Shown piece after piece: positions 9,762-17,029 of a DNA stretch of 64,000 bases. A program made the translations under genes and the position numbers. This DNA comes from an uncultured Bacteriovoracaceae bacterium (GTDB lineage Bacteria; Bdellovibrionota; UBA2428), in the NCBI GenBank assembly GCA_964609695.1, contig CAZSSP010000009.1, forward strand, positions 1,522-65,521. Direction: 5' to 3'. The notes beneath the pieces are model-generated. The model saw only the letters and a program-made list of their open reading frames with translations, searched no databases and was not told the DNA's origin. Numbering within the stretch: the first letter of the stretch is position 1; each line of letters starts with the position of its first letter.

Positions 9762-10086
9762 CTGCGCGACTAAAACTTGGAGAAAATACTAGGGGGCTAA
9801 GAGTACTTTTATTTCTATAAATATCGAGTAGTTATGGATATTGTACCTTAAAACACCCACCCGTTTGCGCTTTATAGTACCTAGATCACTCAATACTGGT
9901 CACCTCAAGCGCAATAGCTCGCTTATCCCACTGCTAGACATTTCAAGTCTACAATCAATCCATTTTCCCGCAACCACTTACCTGCTTTTCTGGTCGCTAG
10001 CTTGCGTCGTGTACCACAGCTTTGAAATGTTTTTACCGCTAAATCCAAACATAAAAACAAGAAAGAAAAGAAGGAGAATTAGATAA

Positions 10087-11628
10087 ATGCAGAACACAAA
10101 TCAGAAACAAGAAATAACAATGGCCGATGCCCACGGGGCAGCAACAATCGTGGGGGCGCTCATGATTGGAGTCTTTTGGAATGAGTATGGAGGAACCATC
10201 TCATACATCTACAGAACTTACTTTTACCTCATTTGGCTCGTGATCATAATGTCCGTGGGACTACTTGGAATGCTTGCTTATGACACATGGAAAAGAAGAA
10301 ATCCCGAGAAATGGATGCGCAATGTTTTACTAAAAATATGCGAAAAAAATTACGAAAAAGAGGGAGCAATTTACATTGGAAACACATTACAAGGTCAAAG
10401 GCCCATCTACTTAACGCCTGAACAACGCAAAGGACACGTTCAAATTATAGGATCAACTGGAAGGGGAAAAACTAAATCGGTTATCGTGCCGTGGTTTGCT
10501 CGCGATTTGAGACAAGGCTTGTCGCCAATACTTATCGATGGAAAGGGGGACTACTCAATTGTTTCAGAAATTCTAAAATGGGGAAACTTCACTGATAGAA
10601 GAATACATGTCTTCAACCCTGATGGTTATGGCTGCACGATAAATCCTCTTGAAGGCGGAAATCCGCATGAAGTGGCAGACAGACTTTTTGCATCGCTTGA
10701 GTTTGATTCTATGTATTTCAGAGAAGTGCAATACTCAGCGACTTTGAGTGCATTGGAATTAATGGAGGCAGCGGGAAATGTTCCAACCCTAAAGGATTTG
10801 CATGAAGCCTTATCAAACCCACAGCAATTCCTGGAAAGTTTAAACAAGTCCAAGCCACTTCCAAGCATCGCAATGCAGGAATTTATGAAGATTTCTCAGA
10901 TGAGAGTGAACGAAAGAGAAGAAAGGTTTTCTGGGATACTTTCTCAGCTTCGACCATTCACGACTGGGGTATTTAGAGGGATTACTAACTCAACTAAAAC
11001 AGAAGCAACTCATGTGAGTATCCAGGAAGTTATGAATCCAGATGGTATCGAGGGCAACACTCACGCTGCACTCATCGTACTGCTTCCTACTATGCAATAC
11101 CAAAAGACAGCCAAAGTTTTAGGTAAGCTCATACTGCAATCAATTGCTTGGGCATCTGCAAAACGCGATGCTGAAAAACCTATTGCAACCCTCTTTATTG
11201 ATGAATTCTCAGCATTTGTTTACGAGGGCTTTGAGCAGTTTTTAAACAAAGCTCGTAGCAAGGGAGTTGCCGTACATCTCTCGCACCAAAGCATGGGCGA
11301 TTTAGAATCAGTGTCGCCAAGTTTCGCTAAAACAGTAAATGTAAACACGAATACAAAGGTTTTACTTGGGCTAAATGATCCAGATACTGCTGACTACTTT
11401 GCAAGACACCTTGGAACTTTTACCACTACGAAAGAAACGGAACGCGCGAGTAAAGGAGTCATGGGAACAAATAAATCTGGCGAGATGTCGCTCAGAGAAG
11501 TTGAGCAATACAGGATTCATCCCAATAGGCTAAAGGCATTCTCGCACGGGCGCGGTGTTTTGAGTGTCATGGTTAGCGGAGTGCAACTTACAGAGGAGGT
11601 GCAATTTGAAGCAAACGGAGGCCTCTAA
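10087..11628 (+). CDS. type IV coupling protein (VirD4/TraD/TraG family ATPase)
   Basis: 513 aa. It has two N-terminal TM helices, Walker A IIGSTGRGKTKS and Walker B ATLFIDEFSAF, plus VHLSHQSMGDL and KVLLGLNDPDTA blocks typical of TraG-D_C/T4SS DNA-transfer ATPases. An AAGGAG RBS lies 10 nt upstream. Confidence 0.8.
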   Translation: MQNTNQKQEITMADAHGAATIVGALMIGVFWNEYGGTISYIYRTYFYLIWLVIIMSVGLLGMLAYDTWKRRNPEKWMRNVLLKICEKNYEKEGAIYIGNTLQGQRPIYLTPEQRKGHVQIIGSTGRGKTKSVIVPWFARDLRQGLSPILIDGKGDYSIVSEILKWGNFTDRRIHVFNPDGYGCTINPLEGGNPHEVADRLFASLEFDSMYFREVQYSATLSALELMEAAGNVPTLKDLHEALSNPQQFLESLNKSKPLPSIAMQEFMKISQMRVNEREERFSGILSQLRPFTTGVFRGITNSTKTEATHVSIQEVMNPDGIEGNTHAALIVLLPTMQYQKTAKVLGKLILQSIAWASAKRDAEKPIATLFIDEFSAFVYEGFEQFLNKARSKGVAVHLSHQSMGDLESVSPSFAKTVNVNTNTKVLLGLNDPDTADYFARHLGTFTTTKETERASKGVMGTNKSGEMSLREVEQYRIHPNRLKAFSHGRGVLSVMVSGVQLTEEVQFEANGGL

Positions 11629-12382
11629 AAAGATAGCTTCACTACATTTAACAGATAGGGATTTCGCCTTACTTCAATACCTTTACGACTACCGAATGAT
11701 GAGCATGGAACAAATAAGGAGATACATATTCACTGGTAATGCTTGGCCTACAATTACAAACCGAATTACGAAACTAGAACAAGGAGACTTCCTTGAAAGA
11801 ATAAGAGTTGCCAGCCTGACACATCCATTTCGCTTCACAAATGTTGGAACAGTTCTAAAAATCACCTCTTTAGGGATTGGAACGCTTGCAAATAAATTTG
11901 CATCACAAACATTTAGTGAAAGCGTACCGGATATACGGGTTCAGCAACTCCAGCATGATCTGCTACTGCTTGATGTAGTGGAAGGACTCAAAACTAGACA
12001 TCCGAAAAATGCTTTTGTGGAAGGAAGCCGCTACGTCAAAGGAATCGGCGACCAAACACGAGTACCTGACTTTGTGATGATCGATCCCAAAACAAAAGAA
12101 ACTACTGCCATCGAACTTGAACTCACTGCTAAATCCGAGCGTCGCTACCGCAGCATAATTCTCGACTACAGAATGTCGAAATCTTTTTCAAAAGTATTAT
12201 TTGTAACGGCTTCAGAGACTATAAAAAGAAAGATTATGACTGAAGTCATCGGCGAGAAAATACACGACTTTAAAATCCACAGCGCCGGAAAATTCTACTT
12301 TCTACTTGTGAGTGATATTTTTAGGCCTACTGATCCGACAGACTCATGTAAGTTATCTGATACACCATCACTTGCTGCTTAA
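11606..12382 (+). CDS. replication-relaxation family-like protein (PD-(D/E)xK-like motif)
   Basis: The N-terminal LTDRDFALLQYLYDYRMMSMEQIRRYIF is the typical winged-helix opening of the Replic_Relax family. The C-terminal VPDFVMID...AIELELTAKS looks like a PD...ExK nuclease motif. I start at TTG 11606, 6 nt after GAGGAGG. The ORF-track start at 11564 overlaps the upstream gene further. Confidence 0.65.
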   Translation: MKQTEASKKIASLHLTDRDFALLQYLYDYRMMSMEQIRRYIFTGNAWPTITNRITKLEQGDFLERIRVASLTHPFRFTNVGTVLKITSLGIGTLANKFASQTFSESVPDIRVQQLQHDLLLLDVVEGLKTRHPKNAFVEGSRYVKGIGDQTRVPDFVMIDPKTKETTAIELELTAKSERRYRSIILDYRMSKSFSKVLFVTASETIKRKIMTEVIGEKIHDFKIHSAGKFYFLLVSDIFRPTDPTDSCKLSDTPSLAA

Positions 12383-12417
12383 AACTTACCTATTAACTCA
12401 AAACTAAACCCAAACTG

Positions 12418-12635
12418 AATGTTTGGCCCGCCCGCAAATGCACACACATATAAGTTATTTCAAATACTAGGAAAAACACCTTGCTGTTAACCCCTACACC
12501 CCACCGATCCGACCTGACCTCTCACCCTCTACGATGTTGAGAGGTCAGGTCGGATCGGCAGGATTACGGGGGCAAGGTGTGTGGAATTGAAGATTATTTT
12601 TTGTGGATAAGGAGCGGGCGGAGGACGGGAACATT
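12418..12635. repeat. 218-bp concentric imperfect palindrome with a perfect 21-bp inverted-repeat core
   Basis: Core arms are CCGATCCGACCTGACCTCTCA (12504-12524) and its exact complement (12538-12558), separated by a 13-nt loop. Middle arms are ACACCTTGC (12476-12484) and GCAAGGTGT (12572-12580). Outer arms are AATGTT...CCGCCCGC (12418-12435) and GCGGGCGG...AACATT (12614-12635). The region is intergenic and GC-rich. Confidence 0.9.
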
Positions 12636-12658
12636 TAGAACAATCGAAAGGAATATGA

Positions 12659-12844
12659 ATGAATAAGAAACGTCGTTGGGAATGCACGGCGGCTAATACG
12701 GAATACAGCGCAATAGATAACGAGGAAATGAAAGCACGACTTGAAGAACTGTGGATGATCTTGTTAAATGTGAGGAGCCAGCAAATTTTTCGCCAGAGTA
12801 CCTCGGTTCATGTCCTGTCTGACCACGAAAGGAAGACAGCATGA
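12659..12844 (+). CDS. small hypothetical protein, translationally coupled to the recombinase
   Basis: 61-aa ORF after an AAAGGA RBS. Its TGA overlaps the recombinase ATG (ATGA at 12841-12844). No recognisable family. Confidence 0.4.
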   Translation: MNKKRRWECTAANTEYSAIDNEEMKARLEELWMILLNVRSQQIFRQSTSVHVLSDHERKTA

Positions 12845-14568
12845 AGAATAAAACATTTAAGATCGCAATTTACGTCCGCGTTAGTACCGAGGAACAAGCA
12901 GGTAATCCCGAAGGTTCAATAAAAAACCAAGAGCTACGACTTCGAGACTTTATAAAACTAAAAAACATGGTCGCACCTTTTGGTGAAGTGGCGCAGGTTT
13001 TCTCTGATCCGGGGAAATCAGCTAAGGATATGAATCGTCCGAGCTTCCAGAGGCTTATGCAAGCCATTGAGAAAAGAGAGGTGAATCTCATTCTTGTAAC
13101 AGAATTATCAAGACTCACGAGATCTATTAAAGACTTCTCACTGCTTCAGGAATTTCTAAAAAAGCATGAGTGTGAGTTTTTAAGTCTTCGAGAGAATTTT
13201 GATACTTCATCTGCCACAGGAGGAATGGTCCTCAACATTATGGCTACCATTGCCGAGTTTGAAAGACGTCAAACAGCAGAAAGGATCTCGAATTCTTTTC
13301 ATCAAAGGGCAAGGCGGGGGCTATATAATGGAGGTTCCGTCCCATTGGGTTACAAGATTGATCCAGATAAGCCAGGACATCTTGCGATTGTCCCTGAGGA
13401 AGCAGAGATTATAAAAATAATCTTTAAAAAGTTCTTAGAACTAGAAACCATGATGCACACAACAAGGTGGCTTAACGACACGGGGCTTACGCTTCCTAGG
13501 CGAGTCATCGGAGGTGGTGGGCCAAGAGCGAAAATCTTTCGCATCGATATGGTTCATCACATTTTAAACAACAAAACGTACATAGGCACTCGGGTCTTTA
13601 AAACTAAAGACGGAGTGGAAGAATCAAAAGCTGCGTGGGAACCCATCATTGATGACAGAACCTTTCGTCGGACTGTTGAACTTCTAAAAAAGAATCGCTT
13701 TAAGAAGAGGACTCACAAGAATCTTCGCTATCCGTTCACGCTATCAGGGCTACTTGGTTGCAAGATTTGCGGTGGAAAACTTTGCGGGAAATCAGCGCAT
13801 GGGAGAAATGGCAAGATTCCCTACTATGAACACAGCCACGCAAATAAGGTGAACTACTGCCTCAATGGAAAGGGCATCGTTTGCGAATTGCACCGGATAC
13901 AAGCAGCTAAAATAGAGCCTCTTGTCTGGCAGGATGTGAAAGCATTTCTAACTAATCAAAGGTTCACTGAAGATCTGATTACTTCTGCTAGAAAACTTAA
14001 CTCAGCAAACACGCAGGTAAGCGAGGTCGAAGTGGTAGAGAAGAAGATGAAAAGTCTTGATAACCAGATCGAGGTTTTGGCTGAAAGGATTGCTACTTTA
14101 CCGAAGAATATTGATCCTAAAGTGATCTACGAGCAGTTATCGAAATTTCAAACTTCTAAGGCTTCGCTTGAGCTGCAATATGATGAGGCTAGAGCAAATG
14201 CTGCACCTACTGACGATCCAATTGATTACGCTGATTTAAACCGCTTTACGGAAGGACTGCGGGGGCTGCTCGAAGAAGCTGAAACTAAACCTGAGATCCA
14301 AGCTGCCATTATCAAAAAAATCATTCACAAGATTGAAATCACGCCGCAAGGTTTTGATACGCACTACTTTATCGGACACAACAAATACAAAAGGGCCTCT
14401 GGGGTTAATCCCCCAGAGGCCCTTCTTTTTTTATTTCCACCAGTCGATGGTTCGACTTTATTGACAAATGGTGGACTCGATCGGGATCGAACCGACGACC
14501 CCCACAATGCCATTGTGGTGCTCTCCCAGCTGAGCTACGAGCCCTTAAACGGACTCAACAATTACTAG
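12841..14568 (+). CDS. large serine recombinase (resolvase domain + recombinase domain + zinc ribbon + coiled coil); 3' end questionable
   Basis: The N-terminal catalytic block is KIAIYVRVSTEEQ, with LILVTELSRLTRS and IAEFERRQTAERI. Further in are GGSVPLGYKID (recombinase domain), CKICGGKLCG...C (zinc ribbon) and a long coiled coil. The last roughly 60 codons lie over a terminator hairpin and the antisense of tRNA-Ala. Confidence 0.9.
   Translation: MKNKTFKIAIYVRVSTEEQAGNPEGSIKNQELRLRDFIKLKNMVAPFGEVAQVFSDPGKSAKDMNRPSFQRLMQAIEKREVNLILVTELSRLTRSIKDFSLLQEFLKKHECEFLSLRENFDTSSATGGMVLNIMATIAEFERRQTAERISNSFHQRARRGLYNGGSVPLGYKIDPDKPGHLAIVPEEAEIIKIIFKKFLELETMMHTTRWLNDTGLTLPRRVIGGGGPRAKIFRIDMVHHILNNKTYIGTRVFKTKDGVEESKAAWEPIIDDRTFRRTVELLKKNRFKKRTHKNLRYPFTLSGLLGCKICGGKLCGKSAHGRNGKIPYYEHSHANKVNYCLNGKGIVCELHRIQAAKIEPLVWQDVKAFLTNQRFTEDLITSARKLNSANTQVSEVEVVEKKMKSLDNQIEVLAERIATLPKNIDPKVIYEQLSKFQTSKASLELQYDEARANAAPTDDPIDYADLNRFTEGLRGLLEEAETKPEIQAAIIKKIIHKIEITPQGFDTHYFIGHNKYKRASGVNPPEALLFLFPPVDGSTLLTNGGLDRDRTDDPHNAIVVLSQLSYEPLNGLNNY
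14392..14432. terminator. bidirectional rho-independent terminator
   Basis: A 13-bp perfect stem, AGGGCCTCTGGGG (14392-14404) with CCCCAGAGGCCCT (14411-14423), closes a 6-nt loop. It is followed by TCTTTTTTT on the plus strand and TTTTGTATTTG on the minus strand. On the minus strand it lies just downstream of the tRNA-Ala 3' end. Confidence 0.75.
14469..14544 (-). tRNA. tRNA-Ala (anticodon GGC), CCA encoded
   Basis: The reverse complement GGGCTCGTAGCTCAGCTGGGAGAGCACCACAATGGCATTGTGGGGGTCGTCGGTTCGATCCCGATCGAGTCCACCA folds as a cloverleaf. It has a 7-bp acceptor stem with the G3:U70 Ala identity pair, the D-arm GCTC/GAGC, the anticodon loop AUGGCAU and the T-loop GGTTCGATCC. Confidence 0.92.
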
Positions 14569-14590
14569 TTAGAGATTGCAGTGAAGTCAA
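14561..14590 (-). promoter_or_regulatory. candidate sigma-70 promoter of tRNA-Ala
   Basis: The minus strand reads TTGACT (14590-14585), a 17-nt spacer, then TAGTAAT (14567-14561). This places a start site about 10 nt upstream of the tRNA 5' end. Confidence 0.35.
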
Positions 14591-14729
14591 AACTGCGACT
14601 AAAGTTTAGACACTTGCTCGCCAAAACTTGGAATTTTTAGCTGAAAAGCTCAAAAAGACCAAAAGTCGGCTAAAGCTATAAGTTATTGATATTAATAGAA
14701 TAAATGCAAGTAACCGGGTGCTGTTATTG

Positions 14730-14745
14730 TGGCACCTGCCTTGCA
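14730..14745 (+). promoter_or_regulatory. sigma-54 (RpoN) promoter, TGGCAC-N5-TTGCA
   Basis: TGGCACCTGCCTTGCA matches the -24/-12 consensus TGGCAC-N5-TTGCW exactly. It lies 28 nt upstream of ATG 14773, with a GAGGAAG RBS in between. Confidence 0.55.
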
Positions 14746-14772
14746 ACCTTGTTAATTGAGGAAGTTGAATTT

Positions 14773-14991
14773 ATGTCTGCTAACCGCGATCCGAATGCTG
14801 TTGTTCAATTCTACTTTGGAAATGCTGCTCGAGACCTTAGCCATCTCCTCCCCCCCGACGAGGCTACAGATCTTGAGCAGCTCCACCTCAAACTCGACGA
14901 ACTCGAAGTGATCGCAAACGAAATCGAAAACGCTCACGAGCACATCTCTTTTCTCTTCAGAGATATTTCCTATTTTATTAAAGGCAAATAA
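14773..14991 (+). CDS. small acidic hypothetical protein (72 aa)
   Basis: This is the in-frame ATG within ORF 14704-14991, preceded by GAGGAAG and the sigma-54 promoter. The predicted product is helical and acidic (DELEVIANEIENAHEH). The overlapping minus-strand ORF lacks comparable signals. Confidence 0.5.
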   Translation: MSANRDPNAVVQFYFGNAARDLSHLLPPDEATDLEQLHLKLDELEVIANEIENAHEHISFLFRDISYFIKGK

Positions 14992-14993
14992 TT

Positions 14994-15437
14994 CTAAAAA
15001 TTTTCCCAAACTTTTTGAACAATTCGATTTTCGCCACTGAGTTTTATTTTAATTCTACAAATTCTTTTAAAAGAAATTAGGGATTTCACTTCGGGATACT
15101 CTTCAAGATATTTTTCAAAATTCTCTGGCCATTCCACTAAATATAAAAAGGCTTGATCGGAATAATGTTCCAAAGAAAGTTTGGCCACGTCATCGAAATG
15201 ATCCATTCTATAACAATCAATATGCAAAATTTTTCCTTGAGGCAGAGTGTATTCCAACATTTTTAAAAAAGTTGGACTTTTAACCGCACCCGGTTCCACA
15301 CCCAAATGTTCTAGAAATTCTTGACTAAAAGTTGTTTTCCCAGCGCCCAATGGGCCTTCCAGAAAAATCAAATAAGGCATTTTTTCTTTTTTAAGATCAT
15401 CGGCTAATTCTGAAACTAATCCGCTAAAATATTTCAT
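14994..15437 (-). CDS. tsaE: tRNA threonylcarbamoyladenosine (t6A) biosynthesis ATPase TsaE
   Basis: 147 aa with the P-loop LEGPLGAGKTTF and the downstream SPTF...H.D.YR pattern typical of YjeE/TsaE. Confidence 0.85.
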   Translation of the reverse strand: MKYFSGLVSELADDLKKEKMPYLIFLEGPLGAGKTTFSQEFLEHLGVEPGAVKSPTFLKMLEYTLPQGKILHIDCYRMDHFDDVAKLSLEHYSDQAFLYLVEWPENFEKYLEEYPEVKSLISFKRICRIKIKLSGENRIVQKVWENF

Positions 15438-15445
15438 GTCTCAGG

Positions 15446-17029
15446 TTAATTTTGCCATAACTTTTCACGAGCTTCACACATGGCTTTTAAAATATCCCGG
15501 GCCAATGAACTTTGAGTGAGCTTTTTTAAAGCAATTTTCTGCGAACACAATCCCATCATAAGTATCGACAAAGCCTTTTGTGATTGAACTTCCATTTGCC
15601 TATTTAAGCCGCCCAAAAAACCGGCCAAGACATCGCCCGACCCCGCACTAGCCAATTTAGAATCCGCTAAATTAAAAATCCACTGACGCGAGTCTTCGTT
15701 TAAATCAGAAACTATTGGATAGGCCCCCTTAAGCAATAGGGCGCCCTTATACTTCTTAGACACAAGTAAACTCTTAAGTTTTTCAAAAACTTCAAAACGA
15801 GTTTCGGGATACTTTTCTCCAAGGGCCTCTAAAATTCTATGCGCCTCACCTGGATGAGGCGTAAAAATAAGGTCGGCTTCACAATGAGAAATTTCTTTTA
15901 AAAATGGAATCAATCCACCGGCATCCACCACAAGAAGTCCCTTATATCGAGACAACGCCTTCCAAAAATTTGGATTCCAATTCAAAGTCACATTTGGATT
16001 AAGGCCACAACCAAAAACTATAGAACTATAATCATCAAAAAAATTTTCATAATTTTGAATTTCCGAAAAACTTTTCAAAGTCCATTCTTGAAGTTCAGAG
16101 ATTGAATACTTGTCTTTATCTTCCTGAAGCACAGTCGCATATCCCGCCCCCGAACGCATTGCTGCTTCAGCAGCCAGCCTCAAAGCCCCACCATGGTGAA
16201 GTTCTCCCCCCACCAAGAGCACTCTGCCTCTAGAATTTTTATGTTGATCAGAAGATGCTTGGTAAAGCTTTACAGAATGCTCTTTAGTTAAAAGCTCCAA
16301 AGCATCACGGACGCTTGGAATATATGAGTATTTTTGACGAGTGAGAAGCTCGGAAACATCCTTACCCAAGGAAAACACTTTAAGTCTTCCACTGGCCGCC
16401 ACTCCATCGTCGTGTAGTTGCGAAAATTTAACGGAAGCCACTGAAAAAGTTTCGTGGGCTCTTAAAAATTTAAATTCATGAATACGTTTAGCGTTCTCAA
16501 GTAATCCAGAGGGCACATCAACAGCAATCACATAAGAGCGTGCAAAATGAGCTTCTTTAATAAAATTCAGTAACTTTATAGTTGAAGTTTCGGGAGCTCG
16601 ATCTTTTGCACCCACACCTAAGAGCGCATCAACAATAACAACTTTCTTTCCTGAATTTTTATATTTCTTTATCTCTTTAAAATCATTTTTTGAAAAATCT
16701 AAATAAATAAGCTCATTCTTTTTTTTTGATGCTTTTAATAATTCAAATTCTTTTTCATTGAGTGAAGAGGGATTCTCTCTATCTAAACAAAAAATAAATT
16801 TAGTTTTTGTAGTGCTATAACGAGCAACAGATAACCCATCGCCACCGTTATTTCCGCGCCCAATTAAAAAATAAACAGCATCGGGTTTTAACTGAGCGCA
16901 TACTTTATCGAGACGGGAGGCCATGCTTTGGCCCAAATTTTCCATCATCTCGAACTCGGAGACATTTTGAGCTTTATAATTTTTTTCGGCTTGAGATTGT
17001 AGTTCTGCGTTTAAGATTGGCAAAATCAT
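15446..17029 (-). CDS. nnr: bifunctional NAD(P)H-hydrate repair enzyme Nnr (epimerase + ADP-dependent dehydratase, YjeF)
   Basis: 527 aa. It has the N-terminal YjeF_N motif GRGNNGGDG and the C-terminal carbohydrate-kinase-like motifs HPGE and GSGDVLAG. Confidence 0.85.
   Translation of the reverse strand: MILPILNAELQSQAEKNYKAQNVSEFEMMENLGQSMASRLDKVCAQLKPDAVYFLIGRGNNGGDGLSVARYSTTKTKFIFCLDRENPSSLNEKEFELLKASKKKNELIYLDFSKNDFKEIKKYKNSGKKVVIVDALLGVGAKDRAPETSTIKLLNFIKEAHFARSYVIAVDVPSGLLENAKRIHEFKFLRAHETFSVASVKFSQLHDDGVAASGRLKVFSLGKDVSELLTRQKYSYIPSVRDALELLTKEHSVKLYQASSDQHKNSRGRVLLVGGELHHGGALRLAAEAAMRSGAGYATVLQEDKDKYSISELQEWTLKSFSEIQNYENFFDDYSSIVFGCGLNPNVTLNWNPNFWKALSRYKGLLVVDAGGLIPFLKEISHCEADLIFTPHPGEAHRILEALGEKYPETRFEVFEKLKSLLVSKKYKGALLLKGAYPIVSDLNEDSRQWIFNLADSKLASAGSGDVLAGFLGGLNRQMEVQSQKALSILMMGLCSQKIALKKLTQSSLARDILKAMCEAREKLWQN

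Larger units (their letters stand above)
8726..14391. mobile_element. putative integrative mobilizable element (serine-recombinase type) next to tRNA-Ala; boundaries approximate
   Basis: A block of HTH protein, T4 coupling protein, replication-relaxation-like protein, small ORF and large serine recombinase sits between norB and tRNA-Ala. It looks GC-richer than the flanks: I counted 34/60 G+C in 9601-9660 against 17/60 in 15001-15060. No direct repeats were found, as expected for serine recombinases. Confidence 0.6.

Noticed and set aside
9841-10086. 81-aa ORF in the island's 343-bp intergenic region, ending right at the coupling-protein ATG
   Set aside because: It has a non-ATG start and no RBS, and its composition is odd and basic. 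The region is more plausibly promoter or regulatory DNA for the divergent island genes.
8726-10086. I searched by eye for a partial copy of the tRNA-Ala 3' end (TGGTGGACTCGATCGGGATCGAACC) that would mark the far att site of the island
   Set aside because: No such repeat was found. This is consistent with serine recombinases needing only a 2-bp crossover, so the left boundary stays undefined.
12538-12570. GGTCAGGTCGGATCGGCAGGA resembles the SRP (4.5S) RNA domain IV motif GGUCAGGUCCGGAAGGAAGCAGC
   Set aside because: The segment is one arm of a perfect 21-bp inverted repeat with no asymmetric loops, and it lacks the rest of the SRP helix. The resemblance is probably chance.
14752-15009. 85-aa minus-strand ORF overlapping the small plus-strand ORF and the tsaE 3' end
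   Set aside because: The plus-strand alternative has a consensus sigma-54 promoter and a good RBS. The minus-strand frame has neither, and its product looks implausible.
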